Source: the human T2T-CHM13v2.0 reference genome, Homo sapiens
DNA length: 64,000 bases
Strand: one strand, 5' to 3'
Assembly: GCF_009914755.1 (NCBI RefSeq)
Contig: NC_060930.1
In this document: piece by piece, positions 55,831 through 64,000 of the stretch
Position numbering within the stretch: position 1 is the first letter of the stretch
How the letters are laid out: each line of letters begins with the position of its first letter
The notes under the pieces: model-generated
What the model saw: only the letters and a program-made list of their open reading frames with translations
Database searches by the model: none
What the model was told of the DNA's origin: nothing
Position numbers and translations under genes: made by a program

Positions 55831-56364
55831 ATTCCATTTAAATTTAGGCATTACTACACTGTACAAATGAAGACATACCAGGACAAAGAGATTCATCCTA
55901 AAACCAAGAAAACCAAATAGATATATTATCCAAAAGTTCAAAGTAATTAGACATTAATTTCTCTGCTTTCTAGAACTGACATCAACACTCTTCATGAAGA
56001 TAATAAAATCCAAATCATTGTAAACATATTCCGAACATCTGTTATCTACAATAAAAATAATCAAATTAGAGAAAATAAAGGAAGAATGCATAAATTACCA
56101 GTATCAAGAATGAGAGAGAGGATATTAGTGCTGATACTAATGACAATAAAAGTATAATAAGGGAATATTATGAACCACTATATAAAAATAAATTTTAACA
56201 ACTTGTAGAAAGTGGATAAAATTTCTCTAAAAATGAAACTTTAGTGTTACTAAAGGTAACAGCAAGAGATATAGAAAATTTGTTAATAAATTTATTTTTT
56301 ACCAAAATTAATGAAATGATATAGAAGTCTAAATTCTGTACCTACCTATAAAATATATTGCATT

Positions 56365-56371
<7 letters not shown>

Positions 56372-56401
<30 letters not shown>

Positions 56402-56471
56402 AGATGGAGTCTCGCTCTGTCACCCAGGCTGGAGTGCAGTGGCGCGATCTCGGCTCACTGCAAGCTCCGCC
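56372..56471 (-). mobile_element. Severely 5'-truncated AluY (71 bp plus tail)
   Basis: T34 (56367-56400) then gagatggagtctcgc...caagctccgcc. Perfect 16-bp TSD tattgcattcattttt at 56356-56371 and 56472-56487. Confidence 0.96.
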
Positions 56472-56714
56472 TATTGCATTCATTTTTAAAACTATCCCAC
56501 AAATAAAGTTTAGATCAAGAGGACTTAGTAAATTCTACAAATATTTAAGCTTTCATCAATAGAACATTGGTAAATTCTACAAATTTTTAAGTAAGAAGTA
56601 ATAGTTTTACAAAACTGTTTTGTAAAATAAAAGAGAGCACATCACGAATCTTTCATGAGTATAGAATTGCCCTAATTCAAAAGTCTGCCAGTATTATGAG
56701 AAATAAAGGTGAAT

Positions 56715-57668
56715 ATAATAATGTGAGTTTACGTTCCTGTTGTAATGTTGTTAGCTAGTTACTTTGTAGTCTGAATTATGTAATTGCTTTATAGGATCTG
56801 TAAGCTTTCTACTTACATTTGCTTTTATGATGGGCAAGTATCATTCTTCTATTTCTATATTTAAAACTTCTTTGACATTTCTTGTAGGGCGAGTCTAGTG
56901 ATGACAAATTCCCTTAGTATTTGTTTGTCTTGGAAAGACTTTATTTCTGCTTCATTTATGAAGCTTAATTGGGCAGAATTTAAATTCTTGGTTGGCATTT
57001 TTTTTTCTTTAAGAAGGCTGAAAATAGGCCCTCAGTGTTGTCAAGAATCTGAAGAAAAGTGAATGGTTATACACTGTTGGTGGGAATGTAAATTAGTACA
57101 ACCTCTATGGAAAACAGTATGGGATTTTCTCAAAGAACTATCAGTAGAACTACCATTTGATCCAACAATTCTATACTGAGTATCTACCCAAAGGAAAGAA
57201 ATTGTTATATCAAAAGACACATAAACTCATATGTTAATTGCAGCACTATTCAATAGCAAAGTCATGGAATCAACCTAAGCACCTTCCAACAGATGACTGG
57301 ATAAAGAAAATGTGGGATATATACATCATAGACTACTACACATTTCTAAAAATCAATGCAGTCATGTCTTGTGCCACAACATGGATGGAGCTAGAGGGTA
57401 CTATCCTTGGGCAAAATCACTCAGAAACATAAGTAATCTCACTTATAAGTGGGAACTAAACAATGGGCACACATAGACATATGGAGGAATATAGTTGGAG
57501 ACTCCAAACGGGTGAAGGGTGGGAGGGAATTGAGGATTGGAAAATTAATTATTGGATACAATATTCATTACTCAAAAGATGGGTACAGTAGAAGTCCAAA
57601 CCTCACCATTATGTAATATGTCCATGTAACAAACCAGCACATGTACCCCCTGAATCTATAAAAATAAA
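56715..57668 (+). mobile_element. L1PA16/L1PB-type 3' end (57036-57668, +) preceded by an inverted ORF1-end segment (56715-57035, -)
   Basis: Antisense ORF1 (ttcatttatgaagcttaatt, ctagtgatgacaaattccctt) abuts sense tacactgttggtgggaatgtaaattag...atgtaccccctgaatcta. Confidence 0.85.
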
Positions 57669-58869
57669 GACATCTTTTGTAGTGTTAAAAAAGAAGTACA
57701 AGTTATACTTGAAAGTTCCTCTTGAACAGTCAATAATATATAAAATTTATAATGTGTCATATTAGATGATGATCAAATGAGGTTTATCCCATCATTTGAG
57801 GGTTTTTAAAATAATTGTAATTTGGCATATTAATGAAAATAGTGAGAAAATAATATAATGATCAAACCATGAGATCATCTAAATGTATACAAAAAGAACA
57901 TTTGATAAAATTAAACTTCCATTTGTGATTTAAAAATAAACTTTTGCAAACTGCAGATAGAAGGATTTCCCTTAATATGATAAATGGTATCTACGAAAAA
58001 AATCTATAGCTAACATGAAACAATAAAGAAATATAAAAAGAAAACAAAGATTTCCTTTCACAAGATTCTAGTCAATATTTTACTAAATATCCTAAGGAAT
58101 CAAATAAGAAAAAGAAAAAGGCATAGCATAAATATTGGAAATAAATAAAAGTGCATTTATTTGCAGATGATGTAATTGCTTACAAAGAAACACTAAAAAT
58201 ATGAAAAATAACCTCTAGACTCAAATAATTTAGAAAAGTTAGTGGATAAATGTATATGTACAAAAATCTATTATAATTGTCAATACCAGCAGCAAACACT
58301 TGGAAAGTTAAATTTAGAATTTATTTAAACATTTTGCTTACCATAGCATGAGAAACACATTTAAGGATAAATTTAGCAAAAAATGTGCAAGGTCTGTATT
58401 CTAAAATCTTCAGAAAAAACTGTGAAAAATTAAGAAGACCTAAATTAATTGAGAGATATGCATGTTCATAATTTGGAAAATTAAATATTGGTATGTCATC
58501 AATTGCTTCCAAATTGACCTAAATGCCAATATAATCCAACCTAAAATCCAAAATTTCTTGAGAAATTTGATTTTAAAATATACATGGAAGTGCAAAATAT
58601 CTATAATATTTAAAACAATATTGAAAACAAAGAAGTACAGAGGATACACACTGATTTATATTTATAAAGCTATAGAAATTGTGATAATGTGGTATTTTTA
58701 TAAATATAGACCAATTAATGGAAAAAACTCAATTAATGTTTGAGAAAGTCACCAAGGCAAGTCAATGAGGGAAAGAAAAGTCTTTTCAACAAGTGGTGCT
58801 GGAACAACTAGAGAAACATATAAAAACTATCAATGAACTCTATCTCCTTCTATTCTAAAAAATTAATTT

Positions 58870-59187
58870 GGCCGGGCACGGTGGCTCATGCCTGTAATCC
58901 CAGCAGTTTCAGAGGCTGAGGTGGGTGGATCACAAGGTAAAGAATTTGAGACCAGCCTGGCCAACATGGTGAAACTCCATCTCTACTAAACATACAAAAA
59001 TTATCTGGGCGTGGTGGCAGGCGCTTACAATCCCAGCTACTTGAGAGGCTGAGACAGGATAATCATCTGGACCCGGGAGGTGGAGGTTTCAGTGAACTGA
59101 GTTCATCCCATTGCACTCCAGCCTGGACAACAGGACGAGACTCCATCTCAACAACAACAACAAAAAATAATAATAATAATAATAATA
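58870..59187 (+). mobile_element. AluS (Sg-like) with (CAA)n(TAA)n tail
   Basis: Full dimer; flanks taatttg on both sides. Confidence 0.94.
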
Positions 59188-60180
59188 ATTTGGGGTTGTT
59201 CACAGGCCTATATGTAGATGACAGAACCATAAAGTTTCTAGAATAAACTTTGATGTAAACAAATAATTATCAACCAAGACACAACAGCACCAGCCATAAA
59301 AGATGAAATATTAGTACATTGATCATTATCATAATTAAAAATTTCTGCTTATTGTGGGACACTGACAAGATAATAAAAATTAAGCCACAGACCAGAAGAA
59401 AATATTTACCATACATATATCTATCAAAGAATACAACCTAGAATATATAATAAAATTCTACTAATAAATATATCTAATTAATGACAAAAATACAAAATAC
59501 TAGATTTTCAAAAGGGAGCAAAAACATTGAATACACAATTTTTACACACACAAAAAAACAGAGGAATGGCTGATAAGCATATGCAAAAGTTCTCATCATT
59601 ATTAGTTACCAGGAAAAAGCAAATTAAATACTCCATTTAAAATGCACCTAAAATGGCTAAAATTAAATGACCTGACAAAAGCAAATGTTGACAAGGTTGT
59701 AGAAAAGCTAAGACATTTACACATTGCTGCTAAGAATGTAAAATTCTACAAGCACTTTAGTGCACCTATCATATGATCCAGCAATTCTGCTCTTAGAGTA
59801 TCCCCAAGAGAAATAAATAGACTTATACATGAATGATATATCAGTTTTATTAATAGAAAGTGAAAAAGTTTAAACAAGCCAAATATTCTGAAAATATATG
59901 CAGGAAATAGGGAATGGTTAAACAAATTATGGTATATTCATACAATGCAACTGTACTCAGCAATAAAAAGAAATAATCTACTAATGCAAGGAATAGAATA
60001 AAAGAATATCAGAATTTTCAGTTGAACAAAGGAAGCCACAACCGTAAGAGTATATAGTGACTGTATAGTCCATTTTATAAGGTTCTAGAATAGATAAAAC
60101 TAATCTACAGGAATTTTAATCATAACATTAGTTACCTATTGAGACAATGACTGTCTTGTGTGATAGAAATGTTGTGTATC

Positions 60181-60901
60181 TTTTTTAAAAAAATATTTCC
60201 ATAGGTTTTTGGGGAACAGGTGGTATTTAGTTACATGAGTAAATTCTTTAGTGGTGATTTGTGAGATTTTGGTGCACCCATCACCCTAGCAGTATATATT
60301 AAACCCAATTTCTAGTCTTTGTCACCCCCTTCCCATCCTTTCCCTCTGAGTCCCCAAAGTTTATCATATCATTCATATGCCTTTGCGTCCTCAGAGCTTA
60401 GCTGCCACTTATGAGTGAGAACATAGAATGTTTGGTTTTCCATTTCTGAGCCACTTCACTTAGAATAATAGTCCTCAACTTTATTCAGGTTGCTGTGAAT
60501 GCCATCAATTCATTTCGTTTTATGGCTAAGTAGTATTCCATCATATATATCATATATATGATAATATGATAATATATATGATATATATGTGAATATATGT
60601 CATCATAGATTATATATATTATATATATATATATATCACAGTTTTTTTTTATCCACTTATTGATTGATGGGCATTTGGGTTGGTTCCACCTTTTTGCAAT
60701 TGCAAATTGTGTGGCTATAAATATGCATCTGCAAGTATCTTTTTCATATAATGACTTCTTTTTCTCGGAGTAGATACCCAGTATTGGGATCACTGGATCA
60801 AATGGTATATCTACTTTTAGTTGTTTAAGGAATCTCCACACTGTTTTCCATAGTGGTTGTACTAGTTTACATTCCCACAAGCAGTGTAGAAATGTTCCCT
60901 T
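60181..60901 (-). mobile_element. L1PB1-type 3' end with an internal TA-rich microsatellite (about 60543-60637)
   Basis: tttccataggtttttggggaacaggtgg...tttagtggtgatttgtgagattttggtgcacc; ORF2 C-terminus in the ORF track ([18 protein letters not shown]). Confidence 0.9.
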
Positions 60902-61329
60902 TGCAGTGATGCTTACATGAGTGTATACTCTTATCAAAACTCACCAAATAATATAGTTAAAACCCTTATGGTCTATGTAATTTGAAAAGTTGATTAACCA
61001 CATGAAGTTGCTACCAAAATGGCAGATTAAGTTACTAACAAACTTTTATGTGCTAGACATTTAGATTGGCTTTGTGGAAATACCCTCCCAATTTCCATCC
61101 CTCACTTTTTTCAGGTTTATGATTTAGTAGAGAAATAGAACTCCAATGTACAAGTCTAGTAAAAGAAAAAAATCAAAATAATTTTAATTTCCAAAATTAG
61201 GTGCTATAATACAATAGTCCAGTTTTGTCACAAATAAAAGGATAATTAATTTTAATACATAGGCTTTCTTAGAACAAAGGATTGGGACTTGTTGTTCCTG
61301 TGGCAAGTTTTTTTTAAAAAGCAATTAAA

Positions 61330-62855
<1,526 letters not shown>

Positions 62856-62859
62856 AAAA

Positions 62860-63045
62860 ACTGGAATGTACAAAGCCATAGATATATGAAATTTTAAGTA
62901 GTTCCATATGACTGGAGGGTGTAGTATGCGAAAAAGAGTGAAAGGAAATGAAGTTAGAAGAGTAATCGTGGTGTTATTTCACTTGTTGGCTCCATATGCC
63001 ATGATAAAGAATCTGGATTTGATTCTCTATAGGAATTAATTGAAA
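62860..63045 (-). mobile_element. L2 fragment
   Basis: tatgactggagggt, aaatgaagttagaag, gccatgataaagaatctggattt. Confidence 0.5.
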
Positions 63046-63433
63046 AATGACCTCACAGAAACAAAAATAAATAAGTTCATAGTATTTCACCTCAAACTGT
63101 CCTTCACAAGAAATTTGTGCCCTGACGTTGTCTTTCTACTTGTAAAATTATTCAGCACAACTGGAAGGGTAGGAAGGTTGTCAAAAATAAATACTGAAGA
63201 TAAAGAAATCTGGATCTATTCAATATACAACACCTAGTTTTTGTCGGTCTTGTTTTATTTTGCTTTGCTATGTTTTGCTTGATTTTTATTGCCAATGATG
63301 TTTCAGGCGAACTAACATGCTTTTAAGATACAGACATACTCTTAATGTTTACATTCTAAGTGTTATTACTTTTCAGTAAAAGATGAATGGGTTAAATCAC
63401 AGCCTTTGGGTAATAATTATTATAACTATTTAG

Positions 63434-63852
<419 letters not shown>

Positions 63853-64000
63853 GAGTATAATGTCTACGTCTTAAACAATAAAAATCAGGCTCAGGAAAGT
63901 TGACGTACTCAAATTCAAAATGTAGTAAAGAGGATTCTAAAAAAAGAGAATTAAAAATCAGTAAAGAATATTGTTTTGCGAGCACATCCTGATGTTTTCC

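Larger units (their letters stand above)
56040..60990 (+). mobile_element. Long decayed L1M (MC/ME) ORF2 and 3'UTR, host to four younger insertions
   Basis: Colinear ORF2 landmarks (aaattaccagtatcaagaatgagagagg, catttgataaaatt, tatttgcagatga, tcttttcaacaagtggtgctgg, tatgatccagcaattc) through to the 3'UTR tcaaaactcaccaaa. Confidence 0.8.

Overview
AT-rich primate genomic DNA, hominoid and most likely human (AluY/AluS/AluJ, L1PA3-PA7, THE1). It reads as an L1-rich gene desert or deep intron. Roughly two thirds (by eye) is recognisable transposon-derived sequence: old L1M/L1PB/L2/MIR fragments, young L1PA 3' ends, about 11 Alus, two full-length THE1 MaLR proviruses, a MER52 solo LTR, MLT1 elements, DNA-transposon relics and a decayed ERVL reverse-transcriptase fragment. 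I find no host protein-coding exon, RNA gene or CRISPR array; the ORF track is explained by repeats or chance. I cannot support a new biological system here. The interesting signals are structural: (1) a 208-bp locally templated copy of a THE1B LTR/internal junction pasted 759 bp upstream of its donor; (2) a perfect palindromic 37-bp minisatellite; (3) one clear twin-primed L1PA3 and two older L1s whose inverted 5' piece skips most of ORF2; (4) a TSD-less L1PA/AluY head-to-head composite; (5) multi-level TE nests; (6) a trimeric Alu, tail-less Alus and a very short young AluY; (7) intact DUX4-type motifs in THE1 LTRs. Subfamily names come from my recollection of consensus sequences, not from a search, and boundaries of old elements are approximate.
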